Made by a program: the position numbers and the translations under genes. Source: Dehalococcoidia bacterium (GTDB lineage: Bacteria; Chloroflexota; Dehalococcoidia; Lucifugimonadales; VXLM01). Taken from it: a DNA stretch of 64,000 nucleotides. Shown in pieces: positions 50,487 through 59,506 of the stretch. Numbering within the stretch: position 1 is the first letter of the stretch; each line of letters starts with the position of its first letter. Where the stretch lies: NCBI GenBank assembly GCA_965220255.1, contig OZ244816.1, positions 854,083 to 918,082 of the forward strand, given 5' to 3'. The notes beneath the pieces were generated by a model. That model was not told the origin of the DNA. It did no database searches and saw nothing but the letters and a program-made list of their open reading frames with translations.

Positions 50487-50635
50487 ACTGTTCAGACTCC
50501 GTGAGAGCGCTTGACACACACAGCCCACCGTCATTCCCGCGAAAGCGGGAATCCAGAGTCGGGTACACATATACTCTCTATGAGGAATAGATTCCCGCTT
50601 TCGCGGGAATGACGGGAAATGTCAACACAACCTAG
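50487..50635. repeat. Composite element: ACTGTTCAGA left arm + inverted REP doublet + GAAATGTCAACACAACCTAG tail
   Basis: REP arms 50528-50553 and 50590-50615 with a 36-bp spacer. Confidence 0.85.
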
Positions 50636-50644
50636 CCGATTTCG

Positions 50645-51869
50645 CAGGGCAATCGCATCTTATTGGGCAAGGACCTTGAGTAGATAGTCATTGTCCCAGG
50701 CGGCGTCTTTTCGTTTGCCGGCGATGCTGCGCTTGGTGGACTTTTCGGCCTTGAGCAGATTCAGGGCCATGCGACGTAGCACAGAGAAGTTCTCTGCCCC
50801 ATTCCCGTTACGCACCCGGCATCCATCCTCATTGAACGTCACGTCCAGTGACCAGTGCAATTGGTTCTCTATGCTCCAGTGGCTGCGCACCGCGTTGAGC
50901 AAGACGCTCGCATCGTTTGGCAAGCTCGATATGTAGTAGCGCGACTCCACCCTCGTCTTGCCACCGACGAGTCGCTCGCCTTCCACCATCACCAACGTAG
51001 TCAACCCCGGCCACTGCCCGCCATCATCTACGTATCTGATGTGGTCGAGGTCGGACACGGCCCAGCATCGACGAGTCTCGACTCGTCCGTGACCCGCATT
51101 TGTCGTCTCGTAGTAGTCGTGGTCGAGACTGTCGAAGCCGGACTTGCGGGCAAGATCGAAGATGTCATGCATATCCTCGTGCAGGCGCCCCTGGTTCTTC
51201 TTGACCGCCAGCACGTAGTCGGCTTTCTCCTGCAGGATCTTCGATGCGACCTCCTTCTGGCAGCCCATGGCGTCGATAGTCACGATGCACCCTTCGACCT
51301 GGAGCATTTCGAGCAGTCGGGGTATTGCCGTGATCTCATTGGAGCGCCCGTCCACTCTGGTCTGTCCGAGTGCTACGCCGCTCGCAGAGGCCCAAGCGCT
51401 GACCATGTGGATCGCATCCTTCCCTATATACCGGTCGTGTGAACGACGCACTCTCTTGCCGTCTATGGCTAAGACGTCACCTTGCAGAACCTCTCGCACA
51501 GCCAACACCCACTCGGTGAAGCAGCGCTCGAACTGCTGAGCATCCAGCCTGGCAAAGACCCTGCCAAAGGTGTCGTGGGATGGAATACCGTTAGGCAGGT
51601 CCAGCATCCTGCGCAGCCAGTCCGCCTTGCGCCTGCCGAACGCCTCCACGTCCACCCAACTGTCCGCACCTGCTATGACACCGCAGAGCGCAATGGTGAG
51701 GATGTCCATTAGAGGGTGGCGTTTGGTGCGGTCAATACGCGGATCGACCAAGCTGCCAAAGTGTTCGGTCAGGGACGCTGTGTCTCTACTCGCCATGGGG
51801 CACTCTCCACATGAGATTGACCCCAATTCTATAACTTGTCTAAGACTTCATTTAGATGCGATTGCCCTG
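50645..51869 (-). mobile_element. Complete ISAs1-family insertion sequence (1225 bp)
   Basis: Perfect 16-bp TIRs CAGGGCAATCGCATCT; 10-bp TSD GCCGATTTCG at 50635-50644 and 51870-51879. Confidence 0.96.
50660..51796 (-). CDS. ISAs1 DDE transposase
   Basis: DPR, GIPSHDTF, AIDGK, SNEITAIP, DAMGCQ, HWSIENQLHW.LDV.F.ED. Confidence 0.96.
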   Translation of the reverse strand: MASRDTASLTEHFGSLVDPRIDRTKRHPLMDILTIALCGVIAGADSWVDVEAFGRRKADWLRRMLDLPNGIPSHDTFGRVFARLDAQQFERCFTEWVLAVREVLQGDVLAIDGKRVRRSHDRYIGKDAIHMVSAWASASGVALGQTRVDGRSNEITAIPRLLEMLQVEGCIVTIDAMGCQKEVASKILQEKADYVLAVKKNQGRLHEDMHDIFDLARKSGFDSLDHDYYETTNAGHGRVETRRCWAVSDLDHIRYVDDGGQWPGLTTLVMVEGERLVGGKTRVESRYYISSLPNDASVLLNAVRSHWSIENQLHWSLDVTFNEDGCRVRNGNGAENFSVLRRMALNLLKAEKSTKRSIAGKRKDAAWDNDYLLKVLAQ

Positions 51870-51931
51870 GCCGATTTCGCCTTCCGGTGGTATATTTTGT
51901 GATTACGATCCGCTAGGTACCGGAGAAGCAG

Positions 51932-53002
51932 ATGGACATCGCGATCACGAAATCACCTACTGCGGGAACACGCCCGAAACCGGCCGACGCCGATCTCGGC
52001 TTCGGCCAGATCCTCACGGACCACATGTTCCTGATGGACTACTCGACCGAGCGCGGCTGGCACAGCCCCCGCATCGAGCCATACCACGACCTGACTCTCG
52101 ATCCCGTAGCGATCGTCCTTCACTACAACCAGCAGGTGTTCGAGGGCCTGAAGGCCTACCACCTGCCGGACGGCGGCATCGGACTCTTCCGACCGGACAA
52201 GAATGTCGAGCGGATGAATAGCTCGACCGAGCGAATGGTGATGCCTTCGTTCGACGCCGAGACCTTCCTGGCCGCAGTGAAGGAACTCGTCCTCCTTGAC
52301 CGGTACTGGCTGCCGACCTCGGAGGGCACTGCTATCTACATCAGGCCGACGATGATCGCAACCGAGGCGGCCCTAGGGGTGCAACCGTCGGAGACCTACC
52401 TATTCTTCATCGTGCTAAGCCCCGTCGGCCCCTACTACAAGGAGGGGTTCAACCCGACGCGAATCTTCGTCTCCGATGAGTACATCCGCGCCGCGCGGGG
52501 GGGCGTAGGCAACGCCAAGACATCCGGCAACTACGGCCCGACCCTGTACGTGTCCGAGGAGGCCAAGGAGCGGGGCTACACGCAGGTCCTCTGGCTCGAC
52601 GCCGTGGAACGAAAGTACGTCGAAGAAGTCGGCACCAGCAACATCTTCTTCGTGATCGACGACGAGCTGGTGACGCCGAGCCTGTCCGGCTCGATTCTCT
52701 CCGGCGTGACGCGCGACTCCGTGATGCAGGTCGCCCAAAGCTGGGACATCGAGGTAACGGAACGTCGCGTCTCGATGGAGGAGGTCGCCGAGGGCTGCCG
52801 GAGCGGCAAGATCACCGAGGCGTTCGCCACCGGAACCGCCGCGGTTGTGTCGCCCATCGGGGAGATCGGCTACATGGGCGAGGACATCCCCGTCGGCGAG
52901 GGCGAGACCGGCCCCCTGGCCCGGCGTCTGTACGACGAGATCGTCGGCATCCAGTACGGCTACAAGGACGACCCCTTCGGCTGGCGGGTGAAGATAGCGT
53001 AG
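51932..53002 (+). CDS. ilvE: Branched-chain amino acid aminotransferase
   Basis: FEGLKAY, YIRP, AKTSGNY, EEVGTSN, GTAAVVSP. Confidence 0.95.
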   Translation: MDIAITKSPTAGTRPKPADADLGFGQILTDHMFLMDYSTERGWHSPRIEPYHDLTLDPVAIVLHYNQQVFEGLKAYHLPDGGIGLFRPDKNVERMNSSTERMVMPSFDAETFLAAVKELVLLDRYWLPTSEGTAIYIRPTMIATEAALGVQPSETYLFFIVLSPVGPYYKEGFNPTRIFVSDEYIRAARGGVGNAKTSGNYGPTLYVSEEAKERGYTQVLWLDAVERKYVEEVGTSNIFFVIDDELVTPSLSGSILSGVTRDSVMQVAQSWDIEVTERRVSMEEVAEGCRSGKITEAFATGTAAVVSPIGEIGYMGEDIPVGEGETGPLARRLYDEIVGIQYGYKDDPFGWRVKIA

Positions 53003-53028
53003 GAAAGGGCCAAGGCCCCTTCCTCTAG

Positions 53029-53592
53029 CTACTCCCTCGGCGTCCTGACGTATTCCTCGAGATACCTCCGCACGATCATGCGAGCGCGGTGCAGACGCGA
53101 CTTCAATGCCGACACGGTGATGTTCAACACCTCCGCCGCCTCCGCGTTTGAAAGGCCCTGAACGTCCCGCAGGACGAGGGCGGCGCGCAGGTCGGGTTCG
53201 AGCAGGCCGATGCCCTCGCGGAGCTTGTCTCCCAGCTCGGAGTCGAGCGCGTCCTTGTGCGGGTTCTTCGTCCAGTCGACGACCTCGACCTCGTCGACGC
53301 CGGTGTGGGTGAGGGTACGGTCCTTCTTGGTCTTCCGCAGGCGCATCAGGGCCGCGTTCGTCGTAATCCGGTAAAGCCAGGTGGTCACGTGGGACTGTCC
53401 CCGGAAGCGGTCGAACGCCCGGTATGCCGACAGGAACGCGTCCTGCGCCACGTCCTCCGCCTCTTGGGTGTTGCCCATGACGCGGTACGCCACGTTGTAG
53501 ACGAAGTCTGCGTGCTGCTCGACGATTGCGTCGAAGTCTTCGGCAACGGTTGCGGGCGTACTCTGTTCCTGGGCGGGTGGAGTCAATGTCAA
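53029..53592 (-). CDS. ECF sigma factor
   Basis: AEDVAQDAF, TWLYRI, LRDVQGLS…KSRLHRAR; start uncertain (up to 53664). Confidence 0.9.
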   Translation of the reverse strand: MTLTPPAQEQSTPATVAEDFDAIVEQHADFVYNVAYRVMGNTQEAEDVAQDAFLSAYRAFDRFRGQSHVTTWLYRITTNAALMRLRKTKKDRTLTHTGVDEVEVVDWTKNPHKDALDSELGDKLREGIGLLEPDLRAALVLRDVQGLSNAEAAEVLNITVSALKSRLHRARMIVRRYLEEYVRTPRE

Positions 53593-53734
53593 TTCCCGAT
53601 TGCCGGTATGCCGATCCGGGCGTCTCGCAACACATCGAACCCAAAGAGGGTCCCTTGCATCCAATTGTATGGGAACCTGCCTCTAAAGCGAAAGCGGGGC
53701 CTCTCCCGAACTGCGGGGTAATACGAGGACGTTC

Positions 53735-54025
53735 ATGTCGTTAACGGGGCTGATAGGACGGCTAACGGCGCTTCTCAAGCGGATGCCGGAGTGCGGCGAG
53801 ATCCGCATGAATGCGTCGGACTACATCGACGGCGATCTGCGGGAGACGCAGGTCGAGTGGATGCGCGTTCACCTTGGCGGGTGCGAGGCCTGCCGGGCGT
53901 TCGTAGATACGCTCGTCGAGACGATTCGGCTTCTGAGAACGATGAAGCGCGAGGAACCCGCCCCTGCAAGCCTAAAGGATGCCATTCGCGGCAGAATCGC
54001 CGAGGAGAGGCGACTGCACGCCTGA
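53735..54025 (+). CDS. Soluble zf-HC2 anti-sigma factor
   Basis: C…DYIDGDL…HLGGCEAC…APASL; no TM helix. Confidence 0.85.
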   Translation: MSLTGLIGRLTALLKRMPECGEIRMNASDYIDGDLRETQVEWMRVHLGGCEACRAFVDTLVETIRLLRTMKREEPAPASLKDAIRGRIAEERRLHA

Positions 54026-54034
54026 TCGGAGACG

Positions 54035-54508
54035 CTATCCGGCGGCGACGTACTTCGATGGACACTTGACGATGACGCTCTGGCTGTAGAACACGCCGTC
54101 GTCGCCGTATGTGCCTTCGAGAATGATCTCGGAGTGCTGATTGAAGAACAGGTCGGGCACCACCCCGTCATGCACTGCCGACAGGGTCTCCGGCCCTTCC
54201 GCGTCCACTAACGTGAACCGGGCAATGGTGGACGATTCCTCGCGGACGAATGAGTCCTGCACGAGCTTGCCGTTCACCCGCACGAGCCGTCCGTCTTCGG
54301 TCGGGCCGATCTCCTTGATCTCGCTGACGGTGTAGAAGTAGACGCTGGCGCTCTGGAATGCCGTGTAGGCGAGGAAGGCAAGAGCGCCTATGATCACTGC
54401 CAGACCAACCGTCACCTTGATGCGATGGGCCGTTCGGCTGGGCTCGGGCGCGGTGAAGGGCACATCCCCCGAAGGCTCTTGGTTTGCGATTGTCTCGTGT
54501 GTCGCCAT
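54035..54508 (-). CDS. ccmE: Cytochrome c maturation protein CcmE (CxxxY type)
   Basis: YFYTVSE, VRVNG, GVVPDLF, KCPSKY. Confidence 0.9.
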   Translation of the reverse strand: MATHETIANQEPSGDVPFTAPEPSRTAHRIKVTVGLAVIIGALAFLAYTAFQSASVYFYTVSEIKEIGPTEDGRLVRVNGKLVQDSFVREESSTIARFTLVDAEGPETLSAVHDGVVPDLFFNQHSEIILEGTYGDDGVFYSQSVIVKCPSKYVAAG

Positions 54509-54530
54509 CCTGTACCGGTCCCCTGTATTT

Positions 54531-54875
54531 CTACGAACTCGTGCCGTCCCCGTCTTCGCGCTCCCGAAGCGCCTGTCTCAATGCCTCGATGTCGCGCCGC
54601 ATGTCGCGCTGGCGCCGGGACATATAGAAAGCATACCCGAAGAATCCGGCCCACGTAAGTATATAGACTGCAAAGAGGAATGGAAGGTTCGCCTCGGGAT
54701 CGGAGCCGGACGCCTGTGCAAACGATGAAGACGAGGCCATGTGATCGACGATGCCGCTTCCGGCGTAGACGGGGCCGGTGAGGACGGTCGCGATGACCAG
54801 TCCCAACAGGGCTATCGGAGCGGCCTTGGCGAGGGATGGCGTCCTACGCAGCATACTGAAAAATCTCGTCGACAT
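54531..54875 (-). CDS. ccmD: CcmD-like protein with an N-terminal signal-peptide-like extension
   Basis: Lies between ccmC and ccmE; FLFAVYILTWAGFFGY + charged coil. Confidence 0.7.
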   Translation of the reverse strand: MSTRFFSMLRRTPSLAKAAPIALLGLVIATVLTGPVYAGSGIVDHMASSSSFAQASGSDPEANLPFLFAVYILTWAGFFGYAFYMSRRQRDMRRDIEALRQALREREDGDGTSS

Positions 54876-55575
54876 CGGTCTCCGCTCTCCTCAGGCTGTA
54901 ACGTTCGATAATCAGGTAGACGAATAGAAGTATAAAGGCTGCGAGCGAGACGAGCACGGCGACGAGCATTCTCGGATCGAGGGCGTCGCTATCGGCAGCG
55001 GGGCCGATGACGAGGTTGGGATGCGTCGAGCGCCACAGCTCGGCGGCGTAGTAGATGATTGGTGCGTCAATCGCTCCAATCAGGGCGAGCACCGCCCCGT
55101 ATCGAGCGCCCTGAGAACCCTTCGGCCCGAACGCCCGCAGCATCAGGTAGCTGGCATAGATGAACCAGAGAACCAGTGTCAGCGTCAATTTCGGGTCCCA
55201 CGTCCACCAGACTCCCCAAACAGGCTTGGCCCAGATGGCGCCGGTGACGATGGCAATGGTGCAGAAGACGAGGCCCACCTCAGCCGATGCGTAGGCGAGA
55301 GCGTCGGACTTCCGGCCCTTGCCGAAGAGATGGACGCCGCTGGCCACTGCGACGACGACCACCGACAAGAGAGCAAGTATGGCGATCGGAACGTGGAAGT
55401 AGAAGATGCGCTGCGACACGCCAAGATTGGCGTCGGTAGGCACATAGAAGAATACGAGGTACAGAGTGACCGCCATCAATATGGCGCCGGCGACGATGAG
55501 TACGTCTCGGAAGAGGTCGCCCATGCTGCGCGGATTCACAGGATGTCCGACCGGCGTGAGCGTCTCCTGAGGCAT
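54844..55575 (-). CDS. ccmC: Heme exporter protein CcmC
   Basis: RIFYFHVP, TGAIWAKPVWGVWWTWDPKLT, W..HP. Confidence 0.93.
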   Translation of the reverse strand: MPQETLTPVGHPVNPRSMGDLFRDVLIVAGAILMAVTLYLVFFYVPTDANLGVSQRIFYFHVPIAILALLSVVVVAVASGVHLFGKGRKSDALAYASAEVGLVFCTIAIVTGAIWAKPVWGVWWTWDPKLTLTLVLWFIYASYLMLRAFGPKGSQGARYGAVLALIGAIDAPIIYYAAELWRSTHPNLVIGPAADSDALDPRMLVAVLVSLAAFILLFVYLIIERYSLRRAETDVDEIFQYAA

Positions 55576-55616
55576 GGTGAAAATATACCACAGCGGCAAT
55601 TGCGTAGGAAGTATTG

Positions 55617-55726
55617 TAACTGTTCAGACTTCGTGAGGGCGCTCAACGCACACAGCCACCGTCATACCCGCAAAAGCGGGTATCCATAGGGGTGGGGGAT
55701 GTTCACCCATGAACTCTGAACAATTA
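55617..55726. mobile_element. 110-bp MITE-like element (ACTGTTCAGA ends) with an internal REP
   Basis: taactgttcagactt / aactctgaacaatta (13/15 inverted match). Confidence 0.8.
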
Positions 55727-55782
55727 CCACCACTGGTACGTAAGATCGAAGACACACCTGCCAACTCTGATAGAATTGCCGC

Positions 55783-56145
55783 ATGGAGCGGCAGACGTTC
55801 GAGCGGCTGGTGCGGGTGGCGCTGGGCACGATACCGGAGGACTTCCGGCGACGCCTTGAGAATGTCGACATCATCGTCGAGGACTGGCCTTCACCCGATC
55901 AGCTTGCCGGTCACCTCGTGGACGACTCGCACCTGCTCCTCGGCCTCTATGAGGGAGTGCCCCTCACGGAGCGGGCCGACTACCTGGCCATCCTTCCCGA
56001 CCGGATCACTATCTTCCAGAGGTCGATCGAGTCCATATGCGAGTCGAACGAGGAGATCGTCGAGGAGATACGCATGACGGTCATCCACGAGGTCGCTCAC
56101 CACTTCGGGATCGACGACGAACGGCTGCATGAATTGGGGGTGTAG
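55783..56145 (+). CDS. Minimal zincin metallopeptidase (DUF1025-like)
   Basis: LLGLYEGVPL, PDRITIFQ, HEVAHHFG. Confidence 0.9.
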   Translation: MERQTFERLVRVALGTIPEDFRRRLENVDIIVEDWPSPDQLAGHLVDDSHLLLGLYEGVPLTERADYLAILPDRITIFQRSIESICESNEEIVEEIRMTVIHEVAHHFGIDDERLHELGV

Positions 56146-56148
56146 GAG

Positions 56149-57354
56149 CTAAGTACCGGCTGACGGGGACTTGGGTGCGGCATATCTCATGACCGCGACC
56201 ACTGGGACGGCCGCCAGCACGACGGCGGCGGCTACGAGGAACGGGAGTCCGACGAGATCGTTGCTGAGGCTTGCGAGTCTCCCGCTGCCTGATGCTCCCA
56301 CTACTACCCCCAGCGAGTAGACGGCGTAAAAGACTCCGAAGGCCATTCCTCGCCTGTTGGCGCCGGTTGCTCCCGCCACGAGCGCCGTGGCAGCCGGGAA
56401 GACCAGCCCGTACCCCAGTCCAAAGACGGCCATGCCCACGACAACACCCCCGTAGCCTTCGAGGACGCCCAGAAGCGCCAGTCCGGCGGCAATAACTGTC
56501 AGGCCGAGCACCAGGGGGCCGAATCGACCGTACCTGTCGCTCGCGCGGCTGATCGGACTCGCCATGACGAGCATTGCCACGAGCGCGTAGATCCCGAAGC
56601 TGTAGCCTGAACGGGCCGCGCTCTGCCCCTGCTCTTCCAGCATCAACGGCAGGTAGGTGACAAGCGCACCTATGCCGACCGTGATGGCAAATGCAGCGGC
56701 GTAGGCCGGCCAGAGGGCGGTCTGTCTCTGCGTGGATTCTCTTGGGCCGTCCGAATTGTGCGTCTCGACCTCCCGGGAATCGTCACGGGCGATGACCAAG
56801 AACGCTATCAGCGTGATGAGAATGAACGCCATATCGACATAGAAGACGATGTCCGCGCCCCATCTATCGCGAATGATTCCGGCGGCGGGTGGGCCGATCA
56901 GGGCTGCGACGGCTATCAGCGCCCCCGTTATGCCCATCGCGCGACCCCAGCGGTCGGAGGGCGTCCTATCGCCGATGATGGAGAACGCGCCCGGAGCGAG
57001 CACTGCCGCCCCTATGCCGTGCATGGCCCTCGCCACCATCATCTGCTCCGGCGTCTGGACGAGCGAGTAGCTGAACACGGCGATGACGGTTATCGCCATA
57101 CCGAGAAGCATGGGAGTGCGGCGTCCCCACCTATCGAGAATGTACCCGGCGCCGAGGTTCCCGAACAGGTTGGTGAATGAGTAGGCCGCCACGATCAGGC
57201 CGACGAGCGCTGCCGACGCTCCAAGGCTTTCAGCGTAAGGCGCGATGGTGGGGAACTGGACGAACAGGTCGAAGAATGCGGCGAACACCACGAGCCGCGC
57301 GGCCCAGATGGTGTAACGTGCGATGCCTGCCGAGTGAAGTGTGCTTGAAGCCAT
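56149..57354 (-). CDS. MFS transporter
   Basis: GYILDRWGRR motif A; about 12 TM helices. Confidence 0.9.
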   Translation of the reverse strand: MASSTLHSAGIARYTIWAARLVVFAAFFDLFVQFPTIAPYAESLGASAALVGLIVAAYSFTNLFGNLGAGYILDRWGRRTPMLLGMAITVIAVFSYSLVQTPEQMMVARAMHGIGAAVLAPGAFSIIGDRTPSDRWGRAMGITGALIAVAALIGPPAAGIIRDRWGADIVFYVDMAFILITLIAFLVIARDDSREVETHNSDGPRESTQRQTALWPAYAAAFAITVGIGALVTYLPLMLEEQGQSAARSGYSFGIYALVAMLVMASPISRASDRYGRFGPLVLGLTVIAAGLALLGVLEGYGGVVVGMAVFGLGYGLVFPAATALVAGATGANRRGMAFGVFYAVYSLGVVVGASGSGRLASLSNDLVGLPFLVAAAVVLAAVPVVAVMRYAAPKSPSAGT

Positions 57355-57429
57355 ACGTGCCGGTTCGCCTACTGTGAACCAGTGTATAGGATGCCGTCGC
57401 CGTGGGCTAGGAATAGGGGGCGGAGAACA

Positions 57430-57490
57430 CCCTCATCCCCGTATCGAGTACGGGGCAGGCTCTAGCCCTATCCCGCGAACGGGAGAGGGG
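57430..57490. repeat. CCCTCA…GGGAGAGGG repeat with one inserted mini-hairpin cassette (57437-57463)
   Basis: ccctcat[ccccgtatcgagtacggggcaggctct]agccctatcccgcgaacgggagagggg. Confidence 0.8.
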
Positions 57491-57555
57491 ATGTCCGCGC
57501 GTTGGCATGGCTGTTATGTCGGAAAGGAACCGGCGCTCGTCAGGGCGAAATGGGA

Positions 57556-59403
57556 CTACCTCAATACCCTGCCATCCCCCTCGCGACGGGTCACTCGCTC
57601 GCGGTCGAGCTGTTCAAGCAGGGCGAGAGCGTACTTGCGGCTGGTGCCGAACATGTCGCGCACGTCGCCGACTGTGATGGGGCCAGCCGTCCTGATGTGC
57701 TGTGCAACCGCGTCCGCCATCCTCTCGTAAGCCGACGCGGCGAACACGACCGAATCACCCGCGCGCACCACACGCCCCTCATCCACCAGCAATGAAAGAA
57801 TCTCCGTGTCCGGCACCGGTTCAGTTGGAGGAGAGTAGGGCTGCGCCTCGAGCATTGCGAGGTAGTCCTGCACCGTCCGCTCCTGGCTTGGCGTCAGCTT
57901 CCGCGTGTGACCGGCAAGATAGACCACCGGCCCATCCTCAACAACCGTCCCTTTCTCCTGCAGGACACGGAGCGCATCGGGAAAGTCAGCGGGTGTGGAC
58001 CTTGTGCGACTGCGGAGCTCCTCCTTGGGCGCGCCCTTTCTCAGCGGGTAGGACTCGTGGTAGGCGGAAAGGAACTCCAGCGCCCTCTTCTCCAGCGCCT
58101 GCCAACCACTCTTGGAATAGACCGATTTTCCCGAACGGAGCAGCACGATGTCCCCATTTCTCGCCATTCCCTCAAGCTCCGAAGTCACGGTCTCGGCTTC
58201 CATGTTGGCGCGGCTGGGAAGATCGTCCACATCTGCCGGCTCTGTGCGTTCGATTGTGTTGAGGAGGATGTCCTGCGCCGTGCCCTCCTCCATCATGGCA
58301 AGTCGTTCGAGGGTCGGTTGGTGATTGCGGCGATGCCGCTGTGCGTGCGTGTCCACGACGCTGCCGCCGCCCAGCGTGGCGCGGTTGGACCTGACCACGA
58401 AGAAATCGTCCTTGACTATCGCGATGGGCGTCTCGAACTTCAGCTGCGCCCACACTGACTCCCCCGGCTCCGCGCGCTGCCGTTCCAGAAGCCGCAGCCG
58501 TGCGATGGCCTCGCTGCTTCCCGTATGGACCGTCAGCCGCATGTTGTGACGGAGCGGACGGGGGACATCCTCGATGACCCTCAGGTGGACGTCCACAGCG
58601 TCCGTTGGGTTCAGCCAGCCCGGGACGGTCAGCACGTCTCCGCGTTGGAGGTCGTCCTGGGACAGGCCCACGATGTTGGCTGCCACCCGCGAGCCCGGCG
58701 GCGCCGCTTCCAGCTTCCTCTTGTGGCTCTGCAGGCCGCGAATCCTCGATTCGAGCCCCTTAGGGAGCACCTCGACCTCCTGGCCGACGCTCAGGATACC
58801 GTCGACCAGCGTGCCGGTTACTACGGTGCCGAAGCCGGACATCGTGAACGCGCGGTCGAGCGCGAGGCGCGGGCGTCCGAGGTCCTTGCGTGAGTGAGTA
58901 TCCTGGAGAAGAGCCTCGACCGTCTCCCTCAGATCCGGCAGACCCTCTCCCGTGGTGGCCGAAACCGGAATGACCGGTACGCCAGCGAGCGTCGTGCCTT
59001 CAAGGACCTCTTGGACTTCCGCCGTCACGAGCTCAAGCCACTCGTCGTCCACGAGGTCGCGCTTGGTGACGGCCACGAGGCCGCGACTGACGTTCAACAG
59101 ATCGAGGATGGCGAGGTGCTCTCGCGTCTGCGGCATCACCGACTCGTCGGCGGCGACCACGAGCAGCGCCAGGTCGATGCCGCCCACTCCCGCGAGCATG
59201 TTGTTGACGAACCGCTCGTGCCCCGGCACGTCCACGATGCTGACCTCGCTGCCGTCGGAGAGAGGCATCCACGCGAAGCCAAGGTCGATGGTCAGGCCGC
59301 GGTCCTTCTCCTCTTGGAGACGGTCGGGGTCTATGCCGGTGAGGGCATGTACGAGCGTCGACTTGCCGTGGTCGACGTGTCCGGCCGTACCGATTACGTG
59401 CAA
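57556..59403 (-). CDS. selB: Selenocysteine-specific elongation factor
   Basis: GTAGHVDHGKS, RGLTIDLGF, DVPGHE, C-terminal GTSRKYALALLE.LD. Confidence 0.96.
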   Translation of the reverse strand: MHVIGTAGHVDHGKSTLVHALTGIDPDRLQEEKDRGLTIDLGFAWMPLSDGSEVSIVDVPGHERFVNNMLAGVGGIDLALLVVAADESVMPQTREHLAILDLLNVSRGLVAVTKRDLVDDEWLELVTAEVQEVLEGTTLAGVPVIPVSATTGEGLPDLRETVEALLQDTHSRKDLGRPRLALDRAFTMSGFGTVVTGTLVDGILSVGQEVEVLPKGLESRIRGLQSHKRKLEAAPPGSRVAANIVGLSQDDLQRGDVLTVPGWLNPTDAVDVHLRVIEDVPRPLRHNMRLTVHTGSSEAIARLRLLERQRAEPGESVWAQLKFETPIAIVKDDFFVVRSNRATLGGGSVVDTHAQRHRRNHQPTLERLAMMEEGTAQDILLNTIERTEPADVDDLPSRANMEAETVTSELEGMARNGDIVLLRSGKSVYSKSGWQALEKRALEFLSAYHESYPLRKGAPKEELRSRTRSTPADFPDALRVLQEKGTVVEDGPVVYLAGHTRKLTPSQERTVQDYLAMLEAQPYSPPTEPVPDTEILSLLVDEGRVVRAGDSVVFAASAYERMADAVAQHIRTAGPITVGDVRDMFGTSRKYALALLEQLDRERVTRREGDGRVLR

Positions 59404-59506
59404 CGCTCACGCCCCCTCTCTGTATCTCTCCCCCGCCAGCGGGGGAAAGATTATGGAATCCCTACGAGAGCATAGCAAACCCGGATGCCGCGCGGTACGC
59501 GGCACG

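Noticed and set aside
50528-50615. REP-spacer-REP units as a mini CRISPR array
   Set aside because: The repeats are inverted and only paired, the spacers are homologous to each other, and there are no cas genes.
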